Shown here: positions 27,601-40,260 of the stretch, piece by piece | How the letters are laid out: each line of letters starts with the position of its first letter | How positions within the stretch are numbered: the stretch's first letter is position 1 | NCBI GenBank assembly: GCA_951406725.2 | Contig: OX597814.1 | Span: 34,100,001-34,164,000, forward strand | Direction of reading: 5' to 3' | Length of the DNA: 64,000 nt | Source: Octopus vulgaris | Taxonomy: Eukaryota | Program-made: the position numbers and the translations under genes | Notes under the pieces: generated by a model | What the model was told of the DNA's origin: nothing | Databases searched by the model: none | The model's input: the letters and a program-made list of their open reading frames with translations, nothing else

Positions 27601-30600
27601 AAATGCACTTACTCATAGTTAAGGATGCTGAAATTTACAGCTGCAAATGTGTATGGTGTTAGATATCTCTCTTTCTTTGGAGATATGAAGATTTGAAATG
27701 GTTAATCTAATTCAGTTATTTTAGCTGTCTTTTTTTTTATTTTCTCATATATTAATAATTTAAGCATATACCTACATATGTATATATGATTGCATATGTC
27801 TATAATTAACTGCAAGTTGATCTCAGGATTTAGTAAATAAAATATTCAGATTTTATACTTATATAGGATTCAACTCTCAGTAACAGAAATAAAAAAAGAT
27901 TAAAATGTTATTTATATATAGGCGCAGGAGTGGCTGTGTGGTAAGTAGCTTGCTTATCAATCACATGGTTCCAGGTTCATTCCCACTGCGTGGCACCTTG
28001 GGCAAGTGTCTTCTACTATAGCCTCGGACCGACCAAAGCCTTGTGAGTGGATTTGGTAGACGGAAACTGAAAGAAGCCCATTGTATATATGTATATATAT
28101 GTATGTGTGTGTATATGTTTGTGTGTCTGTGTTTGTCCCCCCAACATCGCTTGATTACCGATGGTGGTGTGATTACGCCCCTGTCACTTAGCGGTTTGGC
28201 AAAAGAAACCGACAGAATAAGTACTAGGCTTCCAAAGAATAAGTCCTGGGGTTGATTTGCTTGACTAAAGGTGGTGCTCCAGCATGGCCACAGTCAAATG
28301 ACTGAAACAAGTAAAAGAGATACTGCACTTCTTAATATATAAATGTACTGGTATTATTTAATCTTACTTCATGTACTCTGTTCTAATTCTATTCTATCTC
28401 TTGTTATAAATATTTTCTGTATTTTTTTCTTCAGTATTGCATTAACTATTATGATGTTATATTACTTCTTTGGTATCATTGGTATGGAACTTATTGGTGA
28501 TGTTGACCTCACCAATTGTTGTAAGTAAGTCAAATTTTTAATATCAACATTTAGCTATTTTTCTTTATTTACTTACATAATCTCTATATCTATAAATGGC
28601 AAAATGTCTGTATATCTGTGTGTCCTTTATACAAATCCAGTTTTTCACGTAAAAGGCTCGCATTTTCTATAGGCTTTCAAAACTGTCTGAGGGTGGTCCT
28701 GAAGATCTTTTCATTTCCCCAGTCACTCCAGAAAGCCATTGAAAAAATTGATAAACCAACCCCTTATGCCCACAAGTTATAGGCATATCCATTCAAAATT
28801 GCTAAAACATACAAATTTATATGCGGTGCATGCATACAGCTAGATACGCCAATAGACTGCCAGCTGTTTTTTAATTGGACGGAGATAATTTTACCCTTGA
28901 CAGTTGAATGCATATGCACATTTGTAGACAGTCTGCATGTTTGTGTTTTGCGAAGACACGTTATCATGTGTTTTGGCTTTCAAATGGGCACACTTTTTTG
29001 ATTTAAGAACACAGGCAAAATGTCTGTGTATCTGTGTGTCCTTTATACAAATCTACAGTTTTTTTATGTAAAAGGCTTGCATTTTCTATGGGCTTTCAAA
29101 ACTGTCTGAGGGTGGGTGTGAAGATCTTTTCATTTCCCCAGTCACCCCAGAAAGCCATTTAAAAAAAATCAATAAACTGACTAGCACTATGACCCAGCAA
29201 TGCCGGGTCATAGTGCTAGTTTATAACAAACAGGTAAATAAATACTCATATTTTTCCTTCCCTAAAATGTAAAACAAAACTATATCTTTTAATGTTTACT
29301 GTACATTTATTTAGATTTTGTTTAATTATGACATTCCAAAATATTTTAATCATCATTAACCCTTTAGCATTCAGATTACTGAATCAAGTGTCATGCTTAT
29401 TTATTTACATTTTTTTGAAATAATCTTGCACTATCTTGTAGCTTTAAGATTTCAAATGATGTGATTATTTACTTTTAGAATGACATTGTAAAGTAGGTGT
29501 GAAAGGCTAGATCTGACTGTTTAGAACTTAAAACAGGTAGAACATTTGGGCTACATATAGCCCGTTTAAATGCTAAAGGGTTAAGAGTGCATTGGAATTT
29601 TTAATTAATCTGAAAACTGTCATTTCAGGTTCAATCCTATTATGTGGCATGTTAGATAAGTGTCTTCCGCTATAGACCTAAGCAGATCAATGCTTTGTGA
29701 GTGGAATTGGTACATGGAAACCCTGAGGGAGCCCATTGTATGTGTGTGTGTGTGTGTTTGTATGCTTGAATGTTTATATTTTGTAGCATCTTTGCATGAA
29801 ATTGCTTGAGTTGTCAACAAACTGCCCTGTTGCTCAACAATTTTTAAGACAAACATAATAAAAATCCTTTACTTGAAAAACAGTTAAGGGTTAGCAACAG
29901 GAAGAGCATTGGTTGCAAAACCATCCCTCAGTAATGACTTCATTCAACTTGCGTTAGCCTGGAAAAAATAAAACAATAGTAAACAAATGAATGATTAAAA
30001 CATAATGAAATTGAATGATGAAATTGAATAAATTTTGGAAAAGCCAAAATTTGTGTGTTTTCAAATTAAAGCTGTTACTAAATTCTATCTACTATATATT
30101 TATATTAATTAATTGTCAGAACTGATTTTAATTAAGATGTACATTGTCATTATTATATTTGCTATGAAAAACAAGAAAAATAATCATAAAAGGGGGATGA
30201 TAGAGACTTAACATTTTATATCATTTGTCCTTTGACACTTGGCCTTCACTGACAACAGAATGCTATAGCCAACATATTAAAATGTGATGAAATATTAATT
30301 TACTCTTGATCTCAATTTCCATTTTGCTTTTTTTTTTTCAACTATTAACAATTCTTTTAATTGATAAGTGTTTTTTTTTTTACAGTTGTTACATAATAAG
30401 AATTTGTCTAAAATATCCCATCAGCTATAACAATACAAAAAGCAACAAAAAATACAAATTTGAAAGATGTTAAAATATAAATCTGAAAATTTTAATTAGA
30501 AATGAGGACGTTACAGATATTGAGCTCTTTCAGTACAATTACCATATCAGCTCGAATTAGGCCAGCTTAAACTAGCTGTATATTAACTAGTTATTTGTCC

Positions 30601-33600
30601 TCAACATTTTTCATGTAGTTTTAAAATATCTAAAGATATTTCTGATTCGGTTGTCATTCAAAGGAACACCAGTGTTGAAGACTTTTACCGGGAAGATAAT
30701 AGCACCAGTATTCAAGGCTTTTATTATTTAAATAATTTTCAAAATATTCTTTACAGTGGAGGTAAGGAACTTCATTTATGCTTTATTCAAGCATCAACTA
30801 ACTTTTTTTTTTTATTCTTGAACCCTGAAATTTAAATAACCTTTTAATTTCACTTTCTTTCACCTACTAGAATACTATAAAAATACAATTCTATTTGCTC
30901 TTGTTTAAAAAATATTATATTTTCAAAATTACAAATAATTGTAAAAATAAAGAAGCTATCAAATCCTTTTGTTTGAATTATCAGCTGTTTATTACTGTGG
31001 TTATATAAACTTTTATTTTAGTGACACTGTTTGAGCTGACTGTTGTTAATAACTGGTTTATAATCATGGTGAGAATACATTTTTCTAATATATTTCTACC
31101 TTTGATATTTGATAGTTTCTATCTTTGGTAGTTGTTTAATTTTCTGATTTTTAATGACCTACTAAATTAGTAATAACAAAGAAATTTAATGGTTGTGGAT
31201 TAATAGGAAGTTGACATTCAGTAACTGCAATCATGTCACTGACTATAATTAACTGGCATAGTTTTCGCATATTACAATATGAAAAAAAATTGTTTACTTG
31301 AAAATTATCTATTGCATGTGTTTGGGTATACATGTAATATACCAGTATTTTAATATTATAAACTATTATTACATTTAACCCTTTAGCATATCCAGCCCAA
31401 ATAATCAGCCACATCTGGCCCTAATATTCTACCTATTTTATGTTCAAAGTAGCTGGAGCTGGCTTCTCACACCTAACCTACAATGTCATTCTAGAAATAA
31501 ACAATCACATTGAAATCTCAAAGCTACAAGATATTTATTTCAAAACCATGTGAATAAATAAGCATTACAATTTACAGAATAATCTAAATGCTAAATGGTT
31601 AGTATCTTTTTCAGAAAATTACTAGTCCAGTGATAGAAATAGTAATACTAATGATTAATTGCATTTATTTTTTACATTGTGTAAGGTAAATAGAGGAGGT
31701 GTATAGTTGATTGAATCTACCCTAATACATGATTGATACTTATTTTATTAATTTGACTAGGATAAAAGACCAGTTAAATCCTGGCATGATTTGAACATAG
31801 ACTGCAGAGGGATAATTTAGTGATCGATTTTTTTTTCCCTTTTTACATAAATAAACAAATGTCCAAAAAGAATTGGCCCCATTGATTTGTCACATGTAAT
31901 TCATTGAAAAAAAACAGGTTCATAAATAGTTCTTTATTTTCCTTCTAACATTTAAACGGAACTAATTGTTCAGATCACAAACAGTAAATACTTGTTTTGG
32001 TAATTCAAAACCTGTAGTCTTTTTTTTCTTTTAATAGTATACTGTATCATCATCACCATCATCTTCATATGTTGTTTTTATTGTCATCATCATACTTCAT
32101 CATCTATCACATCTATTTTCCCATGCTTGTATGGGTTGTATTGGTCTTCTCTAGCACATTATCTCACCACATGATGCAGTCCCCTGTCATCTATTTCAAG
32201 AGATTCAGCCCTACCCAATATTAGATTTAACTTCTTTTTCCCATGCCTTCATTCTCAGTGGAACACTTGGCAATTCTTTTTACCCAACTATCATCCTCCA
32301 TGTGTATCATCACGTCTGTACTAGCTTAATCTTTTCTCCTACAAACAACAACTGATTCCCATAAAGTTCTTCTTTCTCAGCTCATCTATGCTCCATTATT
32401 CATGCACACTAACAATTACACATTTAGCAGAGTATGCTTTTTTCATTTCCAGCCTTTACACACCTTTCATTTCACTGTCCATGTTTCAGTATCAGGCAAC
32501 ATAACATATCATACACAAGTATCATACACTCTCTCTTTCACTCAGAGTCCATTTGCTTTCAAGAGAAATAACAACTACCTATTATGTATATTTTCTAAAA
32601 TGGTGCTTTTCTATTATTTGTGTAGGAAGGTTATGCTAATGCTGTCAGTGAATGGCTGCGACTCTACTTCATGCTGTTTTATATTGTCTCTATGGTTTGT
32701 CATTTTTTTAATCTTAAACTTACTTTTTCTTTTTCTATCTGATTAATAGAGATATTGTTTAATTTTATTACAACACATGAGAAAATCATTGTCAATAATG
32801 ACTTCAAATTTCTCAGAGCCATTATGTTACAATATATTTTTCCTTTTGTAATATGATTACAATTACATCCTAGATAAATTACATGATGTTTATGTTCGTG
32901 TGTATATATAAATACACAATATTTAAGATTTAAAAACTGGAACATATACAAAAGATATTTATTGTAAAACTAACTGTAGAAACAAAAGTTTCTTTAAATA
33001 TGTTTATTAATGTAATTCTACCTGGAAATTTGGAAAAGTGTATTGTTACTGATTTACTTTTTTTTTATTTTCACATTTATTACTCCATACATCCAAAGCA
33101 AAACTGGACATCTAAGACAGCACATAAAACAGCTGGTGCACTATGCTTGTGACCTCAGTGTTGTGTACATATGACTTTGACCTTCAGTCTAAAAATAGTC
33201 ATATTATGATACATCAGTCCATCATTGTTCTACATGTACTTGAGTGAACATATGTGTAGGAAGGTTATGCATCATGTGGTGAGACAATGTGCAAGGGAAG
33301 ACCAATGCATCTGGTAATTTATCTAAAGTTGAACAGTGAAGGATTCAGAAGAGCAGTGTGTTTGTAGGAAATTCTGTTTCAAATTGGGAAACTTTTACAG
33401 AAACATTTCCCAATGATACAACTAACTTATGGATTTAAGTCACATGCAGTGTCACAAGGAGCACCAGTATTTCGAATTGGGAAGAAAATCTACTAAATTT
33501 GATCCCAAACCTGAACAATTTTCCATGACTATGTACAATGATTTCATTGTGAAAATATAAGCATTGATCTGTAAAAAATTGTCACCTGACTATCCATGAA

Positions 33601-35783
33601 GTTTCTAAAATTAAGTATCTATAAAAGTTCGTGCTACATGATATTAAAAAGAAAATTGAAGGTGCATTGTGTTGCTAGAAGAAAAACTGCTGGCAGAAGA
33701 GCCAAAACAACCATGTTAGTTAGGAGCTATTTTATTAATGAATGCTGATGCAAACTTTCTGAAATGTGTTACAACAGGTACACGGCTACAATGCCTAACT
33801 AAAAGATAGTCATTTCGGTAAGTTAGCACCCATGCTGGCACCATGTAAAAAGCATCCAGTACACTCTGTAAAGTGGCTAGTGTCAGGAGGGGCATCCAGC
33901 CATTAAAACCATGCCAAAACAAATGAATGGAGCTTGGCTCAGCCCTTCAGCAAACCATCCAACCTATGCCAGCATGTAAAATGAACATTAGATGAGGATA
34001 ATGACTATTTGCCACACCAATGCCTGAATAGGCACTGCAATTGTGTATATATTGCTGATGGAGGAATTGCTATCTCTAACTGCGGACATCTTTCATTGAC
34101 AAGGAAGGCTGAAATCATGTGATCTGGTAGTTCTGCTGGCAGAGAAAATATGTTGCTTTATGTGCTACTAAAGTTTGTTGTATAAATTACATAAAATTTT
34201 CAAGAATTTAATAAATTGATTATAGTTTTGTATTTCTCTAATTAATGTAAAGAATAAAATATTATAGTTTCTGTCATTTTTGTTTTAGGTTGTGATGAAT
34301 ATTGTTGTGGCATTTGTTTTAGATGCCTTTCTTTTCCGTATTCAGTACAAGAGAACAATGAACTGTAAAGACATTGAAGGTATGAAGTATATTTTTCAGC
34401 AGCCAAACATCCCTTATATCAAATGATTACAATTCACTATTTCTCTTGAAGTATTTAAATTCAAATCAATTAAGTTAGATTAGAGGCCTACTCTTGGTTC
34501 AACCTCCAATAATATGTTTGCAAAATTAAATTTTACAAAGCAACTTTGTAGTGTTAGGTCACTCACTCTGTATTTTCCACTACAACTACATTGTTTTCTG
34601 CTTCATGGAAGTGGCTGGTTTCATGACACTTGAATTCAAGCACTCTTGACTCACTTGTCTCTTCTCTTTTTTATCAAGCATGTTGTGTCTAGCCCTCCCA
34701 GACCCTACAATAACCACTACATCCAGTTCTTCCTCTCCTGGAGATCAAGCCTCTGGTATTCTCTTCCTGCTCATGTCATTCTTGTCAACCACTAACAGCT
34801 TTAGTGGAACATTGATGGCATCAATCAGTAGCTTCAGCAGGCTTGTAAGGGTGATATCACTGCCTCTTTTTTTCCAGACCTTGCAAATAAAAATAAAAAA
34901 TAACCTGTATTTCAATTACAGTGAGGTTTTGCCATATTTAAAGTTATTTCAGTTCTTCTGATTTACACTGTGTTGTACATAAAATAGATATTGCTTAATT
35001 AATGATGAGCATTCAAAAGCAGAAATATGCAAATTAGGTTACCCATCAGAGTGCTAGCCCAATTCATGACTACTTATCTTTGCTATTGATTGGGGAAGGA
35101 AATGGTTCCTCAGGAAACATCTTCCTGTTTTTTCACCAAATTTCAAAGAATAGAAAGAAAGTGTTTAAATCTTATTTAACTCACATTGAAGCTTTGTAAT
35201 ATTTAACAAATCAAATCAAACCAAATCAAAATAGATGAACATCAATGGAATTTGTATCTTTGTGGTACCAGTGCCGGTGGCACATAAGAAAACCATCCGA
35301 ACGTGGCCGTAGCCAGTACCGCATCGACTGGCCTCCGTGCTGTGGGCACGTAACAAACACCATCCGATCGTGGCCGTTCGCCAGCCTCGTCTGGCACCTG
35401 TGTCGGTGGCACATAAAAAACACCATCCGAGCGTGGCCGTCTGCCAGCCTCGTCTGGCACCTGTGTCAGTGGCACATAAAAAACACCATCCGAGCGTGGC
35501 CGTCTGGCACCTGTGTCGGTGGCACATAAAAAACACCATCTGAGCATGGCCGTCTGGCACCTGTGTTGGTGGCACATAAAATCACCCACTACACTCTCGG
35601 AGTGGTTGGCGTTAGGAAGGGCATCCAGCTGTAGAAACACTGCCAGATCTGATTGGCCTGGTGCAGCCTTCGGGCTCGCCAGACCCCAGTTGAACCGTCC
35701 AACCCATGCTAGCATGGAAAGCGTACGTTAAACGATGATGATGATGTATCCATACATATAAACACACATACATACATACATAT

Positions 35784-35833
<50 letters not shown>

Positions 35834-38800
35834 CCACACAAGCATGCATGTATCTGCATCATCCTTCTTTGATATCTGTTTTTCATGCTGGTATGGGTTG
35901 GATAGTAGTGACTCAACACTTGTAGCTCTTTGATACACAAAACAGCAGAGAAAACCATCACTCTTCCTTGTTGAGGATGTCATGTGTTTTTAGTGTGGTT
36001 TTCATGGATAGACACCCTTCCTATTGCTAACTACTTTAGAGTGCATTTTATTGTGCCACCAGCATGAGAGACATTGTCTGGTGGCATAAAAAAGAGTGCC
36101 TTTTCTATGTCACCTTTTTTTATATCATCTTGATTATTGATGAGCTATTTTTCTTAGCTTGTGAACTCCACATATCCTCCTTTTCCTCTTCCTTTTTTTT
36201 GCTTTTACTTTTGATATGGGTGTCACAACTGGTTGCTCTTCTTGTTGCCAACCACTCCACAGTATTGATTAGATATATTTTGTCATATTACTGGTACCTG
36301 AGAAGTTGTCTACAAAAATTTTATATATGTGTGTGTTTATATATAAGTGGCAGTAGGGAAATTGATTGATGTTTAAACATTTCAAAAGCATAAAAATATG
36401 CACTAATATATTCCAAATACAGCAGTGAATTCAAACAGGTGAACATCTCCCTCCAATTATTAGTCTTTTGTCAGAAATCTTAATTCATTTTCATTAATAC
36501 CTAGTCAAAAATAAATCTCTGTCCTTGGCTTTTGTTGACATGGAGAAAGCCTTTGACAGGGTCCCCCATTCCCTTATTTGGTGGTCAATGTGGAAACTAG
36601 GGATAGATGAGTGGTTGGTGAGAGCTCTACAAGCCATGTACAGGGATGCTGTCAGTAAGGTGAGGGTTGGCAATGCGTAGAGTGATGAATTCAGAGTATA
36701 AGTAGGGGTTCACCAAGGTTCAGTTATCAGCTTCTTCTTGTTCATCATAGTCCTTCAGGCAATAACAGAGGAATTTAAGTCAGGCTGCCCCTGGGAGCTC
36801 CTCTATGCTAATGGGGAATTAGACAAGAAATTCCAGGTGTGGAAGCAAGGTCTAGACTCAAAGGGCCTTAGAGTTAATTTAGCAAAAACCAAAGTCTTAG
36901 TAAATAGGAAAGAGGAGAAGTCACAAATTCCTTCAGGTAGATGGTTCTGCTTGATATGTAGAAAAGGTGTAGGTAGGAACTCCATAAGATGTACCTGGTG
37001 CAAGCTATGGACACATAAGAAGTGCAGCACTATCAGAGGAAGGTTAACAAGGAAAATAGTCTTTGTGTGTGGCAGATGCATGGGTACAATAAACACTAGA
37101 AATGTAAATACAACAGACTTCATCAAATGCCAGGGTGGATACCTTGAAGTAGTTGATAGCTTCTGTTATTTAGGTGACCAAGTCAGCAGTGGAGGTGTAT
37201 GCTCTTAGAGGCTTGGCAAAGATCAGAGAGCTTCTACCTCTGTTGGCAATTAAGGGCCTCTCCCTCAGTATGAAAGGCAGACTGTATGTTGCCTTCGTGC
37301 GAACAGCCATGTTCCACAACAGTGAAACGTGGGCTGTGACTGCAGAGGACATGCGAAGGTTTGAAAGAAATGAAGCTAGAATGCTTTGCTGGATGTGCAG
37401 TGTCAGTCTGCATGAGTGATAGAACATTAGTGTCTTGAGAGATAAACTGGGCTTAAAAAGCATCAGGTGTGGTCTGCAAGAAAGACAAATACAATGGTAT
37501 GATCATGTGATGTGTATGGATGAGAACAACTTGTCAAGCCAAGTGAAACTGTAGTCATGGCTGTTACCAATGTCATGCAAATGGCACCCATGAAATTATA
37601 GTCAAGGCCGTTACTAGTGTCATGTAACTGACACCCATGCCAGTGGCATGTAAAAAGCACCCATTACACTTTGGAGTGGTTGGCACTAGGAAGGGCATCC
37701 AACTGCAGAAACCAGGCCAAATCAGGTTGGAATCTGGTGCAGCTCTCCAGTTTACCAGTTCCAGTCAAACTGTCTAACCCATGTCAACATGGAAAGCGGA
37801 TGTTAAATGATGATGATGATAATAAAATTTGTAAGAGATCTGTCTCTCTGTACTTGATACATGCTATTATTTAATCTTGTTTCATTTAACATTTACTTTC
37901 ATTTACAAATAAAATAATTTCCTTATTTGACACTTATTTTAAAAATAGTTTGTATTTTTATCAACTTCTTGCAGATGAAAGCATTCAGCAAATTGACATA
38001 CCTTTATCAGCAGAGGAATTACAAATGTGTGAGCAAGAAGCTATGCCACTAACTCCTTTATATTTAGGTGACCAGTCAAACACTAATGTAAGTACTTTGA
38101 AGGGGATAATAATAATAATTTAGGCACACTGCCATAAATTTTGTTGGGAGGGGGTTAGATAATTACATGAATCCCAGTAATCTTGGCAAGATTTGAACTC
38201 AGAATGCAAAGAGCCGGAAGAAATGTGGCAAGCCTTTTATTCTGTCATAGTCACATTTTAGCCAGCTCAATAACTGTTTCTAATAGCCAAAAGGTCTGTA
38301 ATTTAGGTAAATGGGTTACTTGATTCCATTAACTGCAGTACTTGATAAAAGGATGAAAGCAAAGCTGACACTATCAGGATTTGAACTTGAATTGTAAAAA
38401 GTAGAAGAAATACTGCAGAGCATTTTGTCCAAAAGTAGAGGTGCATGGCTTAGTGGTTAAGGTGTTGGACTTATGGAAAGATTGTGGTTTTGATTCCTGG
38501 ACAGGGCACTGTGTTGTGTTCTTGTGTGAAACACTTTGTTTCGTGTTGTTCCATGGAGGAATATATATATGCCAGAAAAATCAGGAAAAATACTGTCCAA
38601 TACTCTATAGCCTTTGCTAATCCACCACTCTTAATTATTGTTTCTAGCATTAGTAAAGACTAATAAGTTTATGGGGAAGACTGGTTGGTTATATTAATCC
38701 CAGCTATTGACTGGACTTTATTTTATGGACCCTAATAGGATGCAAGGTAAACTTGACCATGACAGGATTTGAACTCAGAACAATTTCTAATTTAGGTACA

Positions 38801-40216
38801 GGGCCAACAATTTTGAGGGTAGGAGGTTAGTTGACTTCATTGACTTTCTCCAGTACTTAGCTGGTACTTTATCAAGTGGGAGGATGAAAGGCAAAGCTGA
38901 CCATGGCAGTTTTAGAACTCAGAACTTAAATGCCAAAGTAAATCACATGTTATTTTGTCCAACACTCTAATGATTCTGTTAATCCACTTTCCACAAAATA
39001 TAAAATTGCAAGCTTTTGTACTAAATAGTTAATGAGTCGAAATTTATTAGCTAAACTTTAATTCAGAACATGAATTAAGAACAGTAATGCTTATTTTTTT
39101 TTTAATTAGGTTTGAAGGTCTAAAGTAAATGAAGATATATAATATGTTTTGACATATAGAAGTCTGCTCCCAGACTCCCTTGTTAGCTTGATACTCAAGA
39201 GTTTTTTTTTTTTTTATTGAGCTGAATGAATTAAAGAGGTTTCTTAGAAGTGGTGCAGACATGGCTATGTGGTTATGAAATTTGCTTTACAACCACATGG
39301 TTCTGGGTTCAATCCCACTAAGTATCACATTGAGCAAATGTTTTTCTATCATAGACTTGAGTTGACCAATATCTTGTAAGTGGTATTTGATAGACTAAAA
39401 ATGTGTAGAAGCTTACTGTGTGTGTGTGTTTGTGTGCATGTATATACATGTATCTAATTATTGTCAAAGAATGTAAATATTGGCACAGGAGTGGCTGTGT
39501 GGTAAGTAGCTTGCTTACCAACCACATGGTTCTGGGTTCAGTCCCACTGCGTTCCACCTTGGGCAAGTGTCTTCTACTATAGCCTCGGGCTGACCAAAGC
39601 CTTGCGAATAGATTTGGTAGATGGAAACTGAAAGAAGCCTGTCATATATATGTACATGTATATATATGTGTGTGTGTCTGTGTTAGTCCCCCCCAATATC
39701 GCTTGACAACTGATGCTGATGTGTTTACATCCCCGTAACTTAACAGTTCGGCAAAAGAGACCGATAGAATAAGTACTAGGCTTCCAAAGAATAAGTCCTG
39801 GGGTTGATTTGCTCAACTAAAGGCGGTGCTCCAGCATGGCCACAGTCAAATGACCGAAACAAGTAAAAGAGTATTGGTAAAAGCATGGTGATCTTTGAAT
39901 GAAGTACTTTGTGAGAATAAAATCTTTTGCCCTGTCTTTCAGACACTCTCTTGTCACTCTTGCCTTCAAAAATGCAGTCAGTGCTAATCTATAATCAATA
40001 ATATTATTGTTCACCATTACCAATATAAAATCAAATCAAACATAAAAATATTAAAAGCTGATTCTTAGCACTGATTGCTTGCTTTGGCATAGAAAATAAC
40101 TTGTTAAAATAATAATAATGGGAAAATGATTTATTTTGGTGTCTTTTTGTTGTTTAGTCTGTTATTTATTCCTGCAATCATATTTCTGTGTGATTTAGGT
40201 GTCTGCAAATGTGTGA

Positions 40217-40260
<44 letters not shown>

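Noticed and set aside
35260-35590. CRISPR-like appearance of regularly repeated GC-rich units (also 41420-41700)
   Set aside because: The spacers are not unique, there are no cas genes, the context is a eukaryotic intron, and the array lies inside a SINE-like element.
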